Numbered from the stretch's first letter, positions 39,634 to 52,057 are shown. The stretch is 64,000 nt of DNA from Octopus vulgaris (GCA_951406725.2 OX597818.1:29636001-29700000); one strand, 5' to 3'. The notes: a model not told the origin generated them from the sequence alone. Numbers and translations are program-made.

Positions 39634-39671
39634 TCTTTCTGTTGAGGAGCGTAGGCTCGAAACGTAAAAGA
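39634..39671 (+). ncRNA. Variant minimal hammerhead (core CUGUUGA)
   Basis: TCTTT-CTGTTGA-G-GAGC(gtag)GCTC-GAAA-CG-TA-AAAGA. Stem I (5 bp) and stem II (4 bp) are perfect. Confidence 0.65.
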
Positions 39672-39874
39672 CTTGTTTTATTTATATTCCTGAGCGCCAT
39701 ACTAATACAATTGTTTGTTTGTATTCCACCTGCCTTCGTCTCTTGTTTATTTTCATAAAGCTTCCCGTTATATAATCACATACACACACATGCACACACA
39801 CACACACGCACGCACATACATTTAGACACACATGCATATATATATATATATATTCCAACGGATTTCCTATTTTC

Positions 39875-39954
39875 TTCCTGAAGAGAAAGACACAATATGG
39901 TCCCATTATTCCATCGGATTTTGGTAATTTGTGCCTTTCGAAACACGTGTAGAA
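39875..39954 (+). ncRNA. Canonical minimal type-I hammerhead ribozyme
   Basis: TTC-CTGAAGA-GAAAGaCACAA...TTGTGcCTTTC-GAAA-CACGTG-TA-GAA. All core nucleotides are present and stem III is palindromic. Predicted cleavage is after A39951 (GUA). Confidence 0.8.
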
Positions 39955-40077
39955 TGAAATAAAACGATTTCTGTTCAATCTGCGTTCAGCTCCATTTCTT
40001 CAATATACATATATGCATGCACACACACACACACACACACACATACATTTAGACACACATGCATATATATATATATA

Positions 40078-40599
40078 CCGTAAATCCGCGAGTATAGTCC
40101 GCCCTTGAGTATAATATGCAGGGGATTTTTAGGTGGGTGTACCTCTGAAAAACGTAAACCTTGTGTATAATACGCACCACTTCTCTAACTTGAGTCGTGC
40201 ATAATTAGGCCAGCAGCAACTAGTCGAATAGACACTTCCACACATGCGTAATACAATAATGGTGATGTTCTGAACTGTTATATGGGGATGTAAAGATGTT
40301 TGCAAATTGTTTTTGTTATATGTTATTCTGTGTTCTGAATACTTTTATTTTAATATATGTTGCTTACTGCAAGTTATTGATGATTCTTTTATGACCCCAT
40401 TGCTTTCAGGCTTAGCTTAAGGTATTTTCGTACCCGACATCACAAAATGCATCTGAATAAACATTACTGGACAGTAAAAAGAGACTCAGACATTGCTTAG
40501 AAAATATTTTTCATTTTTAACCTTGTATATAGTAAGCACTAGGGATTATGACCTTTAAATTTTGGGAAAAAAATGCGGATTATACTCGAGGATTTGTGG
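40078..40599. mobile_element. Non-autonomous pogo/Tc1-mariner-type element (522 bp)
   Basis: TA flanks. TIRs ccgtaaatccgcgagtatagtccgc and gcggattatactcgaggatttgtgg. Confidence 0.8.
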
Positions 40600-40714
40600 T
40601 ATATGTGTGTGTGTGCGTGCGTGTGTGTGTGTGTGTGTGCGTGCGTGTGTATACAGTCATCGCCTGGGCCAATACTGGCTGAAACTTATCCAAATGAATC
40701 GCAGCTATGGTCAT

Positions 40715-40948
40715 TGTTGGTGTCATGTAAATGGTACCCAGGCCAGTTGCACATAAAAGCACCCATTACACTCCTGGAGCGGTTGGCATTAGGAAGGGCA
40801 TTCAGCCATGTAGAAACCATACCAAATCAGACTGGAACTTGGTGCAGACCTCCAGCATATCAGCTCCAGTCAAACCGTGTAACCTATGCCAGCATGGAGA
40901 GTGGACATTAAATGATGATGATGATGACGACGATGATGATGATGATGT

Positions 40949-40989
<41 letters not shown>

Positions 40990-40990
40990 T
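40715..40990 (+). mobile_element. Older SINE/RTE 3' tail with expanded (GAT)n
   Basis: aaagcacccattacactc..ggttggcattaggaagggcattcagc..gccagcatgga..gacattaaat followed by ~25 GAT-type units. Confidence 0.75.
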
Positions 40991-42954
40991 ATATTTATGC
41001 ATGTATTTCCATATAAAGAATGCATATATTAAATTGTGATGCCTATGTTTGAAGAAGTCCTCTCAAAAACCATAAGCCCAGTGAAAAATGATAATTATTA
41101 AAGAAAAAGCCCTCTGAGTAAGCAGTGGAAAACATCTGAAAAAGCAAACTGAAATATGATAAGCTCTAGAAAAGTATCTATGCTATATAGAGTTACAGTT
41201 AGGCTTATGTAATGTACTGTCTTGTCACTTTTGCAACTGTAGACTTAAGTTCATTAGCTGACTGAATGCTTCGCTGTTGCTTCATAGATATAAAACTTAA
41301 TGGGAGTGTGCTAGGGAAGAAGACATTACATTGATGGTCAGGATAAGGATGTATTAATGATGATGATGGTGGTGGTGCCTCCACAAACAAATCATCATCA
41401 TCCTCATTACCACCATCACCATCACTGCCACCACCACCACCACTACCACCACCACCACCACCACCTCCCTCCTCCTCCTCCTCCTTCATCATTATCATCA
41501 CAATGCTACTGGTGCCAACAACGATATAGAAGAGAATAATAATGGTGCTGCCAAAATTGATAACTAGAAAAAGGAAGATGCTTACGGTAGCAACTATGGT
41601 ATTAGTGGTATTGGTGACAATAGTTATATTGACTGCAACAACATCTATGGAAGTGATTTTTTGAATAAGAGATGATTAAGTCTGGTAGAGATGGTGGTAA
41701 CAGCAACTGCAGTTACAGTAAAAGTCATAGTGATGGTGGCGGCAGGACAAGGTCGAGAATGTTGAATATGGACGAGGACGATCAGGGTTATTACAGTGAC
41801 AATAGCAGTGGTGTTACTGGTAGCAGGATTTGAGGATGAGGGTGTTGGTCATGGCTATGATCATGGTAGTAGTGGTGACAGAGATAACAGCTGAGGTGGT
41901 GAATGGGAGAGTGGGGGGAGGAGTAGTGGCAAATGTGATGGTGGTGAAGATAGGAGGGAAATGTTATGCTAATAGTGTTTAGCCCCCACACCAGTTCTGA
42001 TTGGGCAGAGGTGTGATTGAAAAAAATTCCAGCCATGACCAACCTGTATCTTTTTATCTCAGATATGTATTACCCAATAAATCCTTTCCTTATTAAGACA
42101 GTAAGGTGTAATTTGAAGATTTAATTGCTATTTCTAGCATATCAAACAACTACATATAGTGGTTTGTGGTATTGATGACGATGAGGAGGAGGATGAGGAT
42201 GAGGAGGAAGAAGAAGAAGAAGAGGATGAAGGGGGAGACAGAGGGGCGGAGGGTGGTGGTGGTGGTGATGACGATGAGGAGGAGGAGGAGGAGGGAGGAA
42301 GAGGAGGAGGATAATGATGGTGACTGATATTGTTTGTGATTTTAGGTCTGTCATACCAACATAAGGAAAGCCTCTTCAATGTGATAGTGTGATTTGACAT
42401 GCCATACAAGTCTTATTTGTAACAACACTGCACATCCTATCATGGTGCATCTAGTTGGATGCACAGACATCATTAACCTGGAGAGGCATCTTTTGCAAAC
42501 TGATTCTACAAGGTTAATTAATTTGGACAAGCGCAGAGAGCAGAGGGCACTGGAGGAATGGGCAATGGTTATGATTTTGTATTTTTTTAAAGATCTACAC
42601 AGCTGCTGCTGCTGCTGATGATGATGAGCAGGAGGAGGGGGGAGGAGGGGAGAAGAGGGGGAGCGGGGAGGAAGAGGGGATGAGAGGTGGATGGGGGGAA
42701 GAGGGGAGGAGACAGGTGAAATAGGAAACATGTCAAATATTTAGTTGATAAGGATAGATACTACAGTTTTATCAGAACCAAAAGAATATTTGGTGATAGA
42801 AATATTTTGTTTCTGTGGGAAAGGTTCCAGATTTTCTGAGTAGCATATTCATAACTAAAACAATGTAATTTATACTGCCAATGAGAGGTGCAATGTCTAT
42901 CTATGGTGACATGATGTTGTTTTGAGTGACATGGTCTTCACATTGGCTGAGATG

Positions 42955-43175
42955 ATGATCGTGGCTTAGGGGTTAGGGTGTCAGCATCATGACTGTAAAA
43001 TTGTGGTTTCAATTCCTGGACCAGGCGACGTGTTGTTCTTGAGCAAAACACTTCATTTCACAATGCTCCAGTCCACTCAGCTGGCAAAAATTAGTAACGC
43101 TGCAATGGACTGGTGTCCCATCCTGCTAGGGAACACATACGCCATAGAAACCTGGCCCATGAGCCTGGCTAGGGT
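42955..43175 (+). mobile_element. tRNA-derived SINE
   Basis: A box (gtggcttagggg) and B box (ggtttcaattcc), then a cttgagcaaaacact.. central domain. Confidence 0.65.
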
Positions 43176-43574
43176 GCATTAATTAATTAGAGTGGGAAAA
43201 AAACAGAACTTTCTATTTTCAAGTTTTGACTAACACAAAAGTTGACATCAATCTGGTATCATTATCATCATCATCACCACCATTGTTGTTGTCATCATCA
43301 TTTTACACCTGTTATTTCCATCCTCATATAGATTGGATGAGTCTGCTTAAGCACAATATTTCATCACTTACTGTGCAGCATTATCATCTCCTTCCTAGGA
43401 TTCAGCGTCCTGAAATCAGCCCCTCACCACTTCATGCCTCACATGTTAAAAATTTTAACACTTATTCTGCCATCCCCTACATGCCAAACTTATCAAGTTC
43501 ACACAACCTTTTGAGCATCTCAGTACAATGCCTATCTAAAGGTCCTCTATTGTGATTTAACTCTTACCATTTTT

Positions 43575-44082
43575 GTGACCCCCTTCGGTCATGAATGACC
43601 ATGGGATTACACCTAGAAAGTTACCCTCCAAGGTACAAGTCTGGGCAAGGTTGTTTATGGAAGACCAGCAGTTGCCCATGCATATCAGCCTCCCCTCTCC
43701 ACACCACCGATGTTATCCAAGGGAAAGGCAAAGGCTGATACAGCTTGGCACCAGTGACGTCGCAGCTCATTTATTTATGTGCAAGTGACAGAGCACTCCA
43801 CATGTGTACCCTTAACATAGTTCTCGAGGAGATTCAGCATGACACAGAGCGTGACAAGGCTGGCTCTTTGAAATACAAGTACAACAGAAACAGGAAGAAA
43901 GAGTGAGAGAAATTTGTGGTGAAAAGAGAACAGCAGGGTTTACCACCACCCCCTGCCGGAGCCTCATGGAGCATTAGGTGTTTTTGCTCAATGAACACTC
44001 ACAATGCCCGGTTTGGGAATCAAAACCGCAATCCTACGACCGTGAGTCTGCTGCCCTAACCACTGGGCCATTGTGCCTCCAC
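43575..44082 (-). mobile_element. tRNA-derived SINE
   Basis: Minus strand starts ggaggcacaatggcccagtggttagggc..ggttttgattccc (A and B boxes). Confidence 0.7.
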
Positions 44083-45159
44083 AACTCTTACCATTACTTG
44101 TTTACATTTGAATGTTTGGATATGACAGCTCTTACAGTAATTTGCTATCTTCAAAATATATTCTTCATGTTTGATACTTCAGCTTCTATTCACTCAAATC
44201 AAAAAACCATCTTATTCTTGCTGATCTTTGTACTTTGAAGAACTATAATGTTGTTCAAACTAAAACAATTCCATTCATCCAACTGGAAACAATCAAGTAG
44301 AACATCTAAATGAAATGCTATGGAGAAAAATAACAGAGCAAGAAAGTCAATGGAGTTGTATTTTAGGAAATCACTCCATGCATATACCTCCTTCTTTTGC
44401 TATGCAACTAACTTGATGTTTCATAAAAAAAAAAAGAAGAAAAAAACTTGACTTTCAGCATTAATCTCCAGCAGGACAGACTTTACCCAGAAAAGTTTTG
44501 CTTAGGTAGCTTAATCCTATCAATGTAAACAAAAGGGTGATCATGTTGAATTGATTGATGCTACTCATCACTATGCTTCTATCAGATTTGACCTGCTGAT
44601 AAAGTTAATACACTCAACTGAAGATATAGCACAACCTGGAAGACTGAGTTTCACAAGAACTCAATCCTTGGTTCCATTAAAAAGAGTAGTTCCATTGGTT
44701 ATTGCCACAATGATGAACTGTTGAAAAATCCAGCCAAAGCAATCTTCATGTCTGCAGATGAGGGTTCCATCAATTATTGCTGCCTTGACATCCTGAGAAT
44801 TGGGAACAGTTCAGTGTGAATCCAGTTATTGAAGATGAAATCATGGCTCCACGACTTGGATTTCCTCATTACTCAACAAGGATCCAGAATGCCCTGAATA
44901 GACTAAAATTTTAAAGTATCAGCAAACATTACAAATCATTATTTCTACTTCGGGTCCAGAAACATGATATACTCTATAGTTTAAAATTGACAGCAAGCAT
45001 TCGCAATAAAAAATAGGACACGTTTACACTTGTACTTGAAAATGGAACCTATTTTGTCATCACATCATTGCCTATATTAGAAAAAAAAAACGTTTCTTGT
45101 GATATTATAAAGATCGCGTATTATATCAAGTAGTTTTTGAATTTTTAACTCCCAGGATC

Positions 45160-46120
45160 GATGTGATAACTCCGGCAGGTATCTTCTACTATAGCCCTGA
45201 GCTGACCAAAGCCTTCTGAATGAATTTGATGGAAAGTGAAAAAAGTCAGTCGTGTGTGTGTATGTGTGTCCCTCTCCACCGCTTGACAACTAATGTAGTT
45301 TTGTTGGCGGACATCAGCGATAGGTGGCCCACATAAGCCGGAATTTTTCAGATTTTTCTCACACGGTACCCTTGGAGATGATCTGGAGCATCTCTTTAAC
45401 AAAAAAAAAAAACTTTTTGAAGAATGTTTTTTTTCACCCTTTTCCCCTCTCCAAACTGATTTTGGTCGATTTTGTGGGCACTGTACGATGTTCTTTTTTT
45501 TTTTAGCACTACGCACTTAAAAAATATAGAAGTCTTTACGGTAAAAGAAGTAAATATTTTCAAACGAAAAGGTAAAGGGAGATTTGGCTGTTGTTTCTAG
45601 AATATCCTATGACCACCTTCCTCATTTCTTTCTCACTCTTACAAGTATTGATGTTTTTCAATATTTTCCCCATTAATAGCATAAACACACTATTAAAAAA
45701 TTTTTTTGAAAATTTGATTTTTATAAACCCTTACCGGTCATGGGATAATGCTAGAAATAACAGCCAAATCACACACCTTTTCGTCTGAAAATATTTACTG
45801 CATTTTTATCGAAAAGAGCTTTACTTTTCAAGTGCGTAATGCCCCCTCCCCCCAAAATCGGTCTGGAGATGCGAGTGGAGCAGTAAAAAAAAATTTTTTT
45901 GTATGTGAAGACGATACTCTAAATTATTCCCAAGGGCACCGTGAAAAAAAATCTGAAATGTCCGTCAAAATGGAGAAATTCCAATTTATGCCCACCGTTT
46001 TGTTTACGTTCTCCTTAACTTACCAGTTCGGCAAAGAGATTCCACTACAATATGTACAAGTACCTGTTCAAGACGGTGCTCCAGCGTAGCCGCTCTTTGC
46101 TAACTGAAGAAAAGGATAAA
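45160..46120 (+). mobile_element. Degraded SINE split by a DNA transposon
   Basis: The SINE body (tcttctactatagcc..gaccaaagcc..gcttgacaac) stops at 45305 and resumes at ~46005 (tacgt..taactta..ttcggcaaa..ggtgctccagc). Confidence 0.65.
45306..45996. mobile_element. Non-autonomous TIR element with 8-bp TSD (Merlin-like)
   Basis: GTTTTGTT at 45298-45305 and 45997-46004. GG...CC termini (ggcggacat / atgcccacc) and degenerate subterminal inverted repeats (ttcagattttt..cacggt.cccttgg). Confidence 0.7.
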
Positions 46121-46777
46121 ATATCAAATCTATTTCATTTTGCATTGTTTTCTTTATTTTTAAGTATTATTTTCTTTAATTATTATGCTAGTAAGTGTGC
46201 CACAGTAGAAAAAAAGATCATTTACTTATTTTACTTTTGATGAAATTTCCAACAGTTTTATGACTAAACCAAATAGTTACAGTTACATTTGGGCGCCTCT
46301 GTTACACGTAATATAATACGACTAGAATTACGTGGCTAACATTTTAAAAAGTAGGTGGCATAATCTGACAGAATACATGAGACATTTTGCATGTAAGTGC
46401 AGACTCAAATTATCAAGGCCGATAACGGTGTATAAATACTTTTATTAACACACGCATAAACATACACACACTAGTGCACAAGACTTGTAGAGCTACATTC
46501 CCATTTTAGCTCGAATTTAAACAATAAAAACCATTTTATTAAATCCATCAGCAATAAAATACTTCTTATTTTAACTTACTTATTTTTGCAAGGCAATTTT
46601 ATTAAAGGTAAAATATTGTTATACTGCTTTAGCTTAAACAGAAACTTCTCTAAAATTCATAATTTTCATTGGTGGCATTTTAAACAAATCACCGCTTAAG
46701 AACTCTTTAGTCGCTGAAAGCAAATATACAATAGCAGACAGTTATTTATTTCTCAACATTATAATGTTTATAATTAA

Positions 46778-47327
46778 ATGTCAGAAGCAATGATCGGGTC
46801 GGTCACAATGTCTACCGACAGCGACGAAGGTCAAACATTGCAGGACAATGTAAGTTTGGTCAACACTGATGAAGAAGATCCTCCACCACAATATGACACA
46901 TTAAGTTTTCAGTTTTGTGAAGAAACTGAGCGAAGCCTTGATGATGTTTTAACTGATATCAAATTTGGTAGATTTCATATTTTGATTATATTGCTTGGTG
47001 GAACCGCTTATTTTGCAGTTTGCAGTGAACTCATGGTTTTTGTATTTCTTAATGAACCAATTAAGAAAGAATGGCATTTAAGCGATATGGTATTTCCATG
47101 GCTCCCCTTCTGCAATGGACTTGCATCGATGTTTGGAGAATATCTTTTTGGAATCCTCAGTGACAGGCATGGCCGCCAGTTTACATTTGTACTTACAGTA
47201 TCCATATGTTGCATATTTGCAATCGGATCTACTTTTGCGACTAACTTTCCTATTCTAGTTGTGTTTAGATCATTTGTCTCTTTTGGAAAAGGCGGTTTAG
47301 CGGCACTCGCTTTTGTTCTTCCTATAG
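46778..47327 (+). CDS. SVOP-like MFS (SLC22-related) transporter, coding exon 1
   Basis: ATG at 46778. FGRFHILI, G.LSDRHGRQ (MFS motif A) and FRSFVSFGKGG. Donor ATAG|GTAAGA, phase 1 (550 nt). Confidence 0.9.
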
Positions 47328-48967
47328 GTAAGATCTTACTTCTCTCTCTCTCTTTCTCTCTCACAATCTCTCTCTCTCTTTCTCTCTCTCTTTGCTTATA
47401 TAGTTTGTTTTAAGACAGATCGATTTGTTTACATTCTTTTTTTTTTTGTTTTTGATGTGAAATTTTTGTGTGTAGCTTTATTTTTACTCATTTCATTTTT
47501 CACTAAACGAATAGCAAACATAGTGACCTTTACTGTAAGTCATCAGCAGGGAAGCATTGTCACAGTTAAATAATTTCATTTAACTATTTTTTATAACTAT
47601 TATCAGCTATTGACATTCATTTTAAACTGTTTTACAAAGTACCAAAGACTAACCTTTAAAGTATTGATATATTGCACCGAAAATTTTGAAAACCCTTAAA
47701 TTTGATATCACAAATGTATCCTAATCCAACATATCTCACTCATCCAAGAGCCAAAAGCTCTAATATTCCTAAATGATTTGATAAGAAATGTTTCGTTAAA
47801 TATTTGATCAAAATATTATTTTTAAAATATGTTTATCAACATAATAGTTGATAAATTTATTTGCTTACTCTATAATAATACAGAAATTATTTAGGGGGCA
47901 CATTACACTTTTATCCAGCATATTACTTCTTTTTCTGAGTAATCATACGTTCTAGTTCCTTGCCAAGTAGATGACTTCAGTCATCCTTTATCACTATTAC
48001 CCCCCCCCCCCAACTGTTAACTTCCAAAGTCCTACTATCTATTAACACTATTAAATTCCTACAACAGCATCTTAGTAGTTACCATAAGACTGTGTTACAG
48101 AAATAGACCCTATTCTTGCAAATCTATCTCCCCCACTTAATATCCACTCTGTCTTAATCTTTGAGAAGTGAAAACTCCATTTTTTAACAACTTGATACTT
48201 CAAACATTTCTAAGTTTAATAATTTGAGGCAATTATTAATGAACACATATTTAACTTCAAGATCAACAGTGTAAGATTATTTTTTATATGATATATGAAT
48301 AGTTTCTTTCCTTTCAAAAACAAAGTTCTTAATTCATGGAAGACTGAAGGCTCTAGTGTATAAAAAACCTTTGACAAAATGGGGCTCATAATCACTATTT
48401 CCTGCAAGGTTGTCATAAAAATAGATGTATAACTTACGCCTTTGACCATACTGTATTTGTATATAACAAGAGGGGTTACAAATCCTTATAAACAAGATCC
48501 TTTTTAAGATTTCATTATCTCTCCTATTCTATCATAAACATATATAATTCATAGGACAATGACACAACCCATCACTCCATGCTATGAGTTCCATCTCACA
48601 CTGGTGAAATAAGCATACCTCTTCAAGTTATGTGCACTTCCACTGTTTTACCAGACTATGGTAACTCCATAGTTTTGTAATGTTTAATATTAAAACACTA
48701 ATACTGACAAATTTATATGCATTAATTCTTGAATAGATCAAATTTTTCCAAAAACAGTATCCATTCCTATTCAACATCTGTTTTCACAAGCCCATTTATT
48801 CAAATCAATTAAATTTTTAGTATATTGCTAATGGTTATATTATCAACTAGAAAGCAATTCAGAAGGGAAAAACTAAATATTGTAATGCTTTTAATCCAGT
48901 TCTCTGCTGTCTTACTCATTTTCACTACCTAATACCAATTAATTTAAAGCAGCTTATTCCTACAACA

Positions 48968-49182
48968 TTCTTTTCTACTCTAGGCACAAGGCCTGAAATT
49001 TTGGGCGAGGGTGCCGGTCGATTAGATCGACCCCAGCATGCAACTAGTACTTAATTTATCAACCCCGAAAGGGTGAATGGCAGAGTCGACCTAGGCGGAA
49101 TTTGAACTCAGAACATAAAGACAAATGAAATACCGCTAAGCATTTCATCCAGCGTGCTAACGTTTCTGCCAGCTCACCGCCT
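48968..49182 (-). mobile_element. tRNA-derived SINE in intron 1
   Basis: Minus strand ggcggtgagctggcagaa..gagttcaaattccgcc (A and B boxes), then a gccattcaccctttcggggttgataaattaagtac central domain. A partial copy lies at ~53860-53990. Confidence 0.8.
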
Positions 49183-49734
49183 TGTTTATTCCTGCAACAT
49201 TGCCATTCTTATATATTCCCAGTCCTATAGGCCCTACATAATTTTATATTGCTACAGCTATAGCATTAAACCTTTAATCAAGGTACATTACTCTGCATGT
49301 TTCAGTTTGCTAACAGAACTTATGACTCCTAACATATCATTGAATGGTCAGAAGTAAAACGAACATATATGTATATGTATGTATGTATGTGTGTGAGTAA
49401 TACATACTCACAACAAACTTATTCAAATACTATGCACAAATTTGCAAAACCTAAAACTTTTTATTCGATCATCTGTGAATGAATATAAAAGCAGATAAAA
49501 ATTTTTAATGTAATTATAAAATTAAAGAAAATCTAATTTAAGATTTTATATTTAAGCTCCACTTAAATTGTCACATAATTTCCATTAATATACATTCTAG
49601 AACACTTGTAAAATAGCATTCCCTTTGTCGTTTTGTTTTGAACACTAATGTAAATGTTTTGAATTATACTTAATGTTTTTACATTAGTTTTTAGTGTTAT
49701 TTATTCAAATATTTTGTTTTTGTAACTTTTACAG

Positions 49735-50013
49735 AGTTTTTACCTCGACAGAAACGCAGTTACCTTATTATCATCACAATGTGTGGTACATTAGGAACTG
49801 CTTTTACAGGGGCAATGGCTTGGCTTTTGATCCCAACGCATGGCTGGAGATATTTTGTTGTCGCCTGTGCTACTCCTTTTTTAATCACTCTTATCTTCCG
49901 CCTTTTCGCAAGATATGAATCACCAAGGTTTCTAATGATTAGTGGAGAAAAGGAACAAGCATGGATGGTTGTTACCAAAATTGCACAAATAAATAAAACT
50001 CCACTTCCTGCAG
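49735..50013 (+). CDS. SVOP-like MFS transporter, coding exon 2
   Basis: Acceptor ttttacag|AG gives EFLPRQKR in frame, then GWRY and YESPRFL. Donor GCAG|GTATGT (279 nt). Confidence 0.9.
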
Positions 50014-50150
50014 GTATGTTGCAAAAAATTGTTATATCTTTCTATAAGGACATGTTTTGGATTACCTCTAACCCCATTATTTATATTCTTATGACACAGT
50101 TCTCCGTTTTGTCACATCCTTTAAACCCAACATCTTGTGTATTGTAAATA

Positions 50151-50716
50151 TTGGGTTGTTCGGAAAGATCGTGCCAATTTTTAAAGGAAAGAAAAAGGTC
50201 AATAAATACTTGCTATTACATTTTTAATCAACCAAATATGAACCATTTCGTTGCACAATGCATCTCCATCTTTCCTTTAACTTGAAAATACCCTCTTCCC
50301 AGAATTGAGGTGGTTTCATGGCAAAGAATTCATCAAGGTATCGTTTTATGTCATCCAAGGAATTGAAATTTTTACCATTAAGACTATTCTGCAGAGACCT
50401 GAATAAGTGGAAATCCGAAGGAGCAATATCTGGTAAATATGGAGGGTGTGGTAACACATCCCAGCCGAGCTGCAGCAATTTTTGTCTGGTTCCCAAAGCA
50501 TCAAGTGCCGAAAATGAACTTTCTTATCTTCCATTTTAAAGGGTTACAGAATTAACACAGGTTATAGGAACATAAACCTTCTTTCACAAAAAGATAGCTT
50601 AAACTGTGCTCTAAATGGAGGTGTAGTCAAATCTTATTTTATGGACTCAAACATGTTCTAAAATAAGTCGAAAGGTAAGCTACTATAAAACAGCACGAAC
50701 TTTCCAGACAACCCAA
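50151..50716 (-). mobile_element. Internally deleted mariner in intron 2
   Basis: TA flanks and TIRs ttgggttg..ggaaag.tcgtgc. The N-terminus MEDKKVHFRHLML is fused directly to the C-terminal LGWDVLPHPPYLPDIAPSDFHLF region. Confidence 0.9.
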
Positions 50717-51296
50717 TATTATTAGCTTTGACCAGATATCTTATTCCTAAAAAAGAATATCTTTATCAACTCACCACCCTTCCAAATTTAATTTGGAGAT
50801 AGGTCTTCTATCTCTTCCTACATAGCTACGGCTCCTTTGTCTTAGACAAAATTATTTTTCTCTCTGATATTCTCTTTATATCATTTTTGTTTATTTTCTT
50901 TGGAAATTTAGGGGAACTGATCATACATTTTTGTCTTACACAATAATAAATCCTTCTATAATTCTCCACTTTGCTTTTTCCTTATCATCATCATCATCAC
51001 CTACTGTAAATGATTATATTATATTATTGTTCTGAAATGTTGCACCTCTGCTGTTCTTTTAGTTTGTTAATTACAGCTTCTGTCAAGTCATGTCTTGTTA
51101 AATCATGCTATATTTTTCTTGGTTTACTTCTGCCTTTAGTAACCACAAACTATTCCATCAGTAGATTACAAGCCTGCAATATGCAATATTGCCTTTCCTT
51201 AGTTCACCTGTCCTTTAATTCTTAATCTACTTGTGTCACTCATTGAATTCATTTCTGATACAATATAAATATGTTGCAAATTTTTATTACTTTCAG

Positions 51297-52057
51297 GCAA
51301 ACTCTCTGGAATTCCAAGTCACAGCAGAGGACAAATTAAAGATCTTTTTACAAGGGAATTTCGTTATCGCACTCTGACCATTTCCTTAGTATGGCTATTC
51401 CAGGCAACTGGATATTGGGGTGTCACTACTTATCTTCCACAATATATGTCTGATAAACTGAATCTTGGTGGATATTTCATTATTTTCATCATTTTTATCA
51501 GTGAACTTCCAGGTTTGTTTTTAGCACTGTTTTTTATACGCAAAAACATGCTTGGACGTATCACGTCTGTTATATTATTTATTTGCATGACCATAGTTCT
51601 TTTAGCTGTCTTTGCAGTTTTGAGCACTTCCCATCTTATCTGGGCACAAACCTTAACTATCATGACCTGCTTTGCTTTTATGGCGCCAATATACTCAATC
51701 TTGAATACTTTTACTCCAGAAATTTATCCCACAGCAATTCGTAGTACTGCACTTGGGTGGGTGTACATGGTATCAAATATTCCTGGTCTCATTACTCCAT
51801 TTATTGATGCAACTCTGCTTGATAGTCCAGTTGTATGGCTCTATCCTGTTGTTTGGCTGATGTTCTTTGTCCTCGAATTTGTTGTAATGCTCAGCATCAG
51901 AACTGAGACAGCTGGAAAGCGACTAAGTGATAATCTACAGAGTACACCAATTTGTGAAAATATTCCTAGTTTTGTTCCTGACCACATTCCTGATTGTACT
52001 GCACCAATATATTCCAGTGAACCTCCTTTCAGATATCGTCAAGATGGTTATCTCTAG
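51297..52057 (+). CDS. SVOP-like MFS transporter, coding exon 3
   Basis: Acceptor tttcag|GC. KDLF..RYRTL..W..GYWG, LGR, TPEIYPTAIRSTALG, ETAGKRLSD, then TAG. The spliced CDS is 550+279+761 = 1590 nt (529 aa) with no internal stops seen. Confidence 0.9.

Noticed and set aside
40731-42731. Poly-Asp, poly-His, poly-Ser and poly-Pro ORFs
   Set aside because: They derive from a (GAT)n retroposon tail and trinucleotide repeats, with no splice or domain support.
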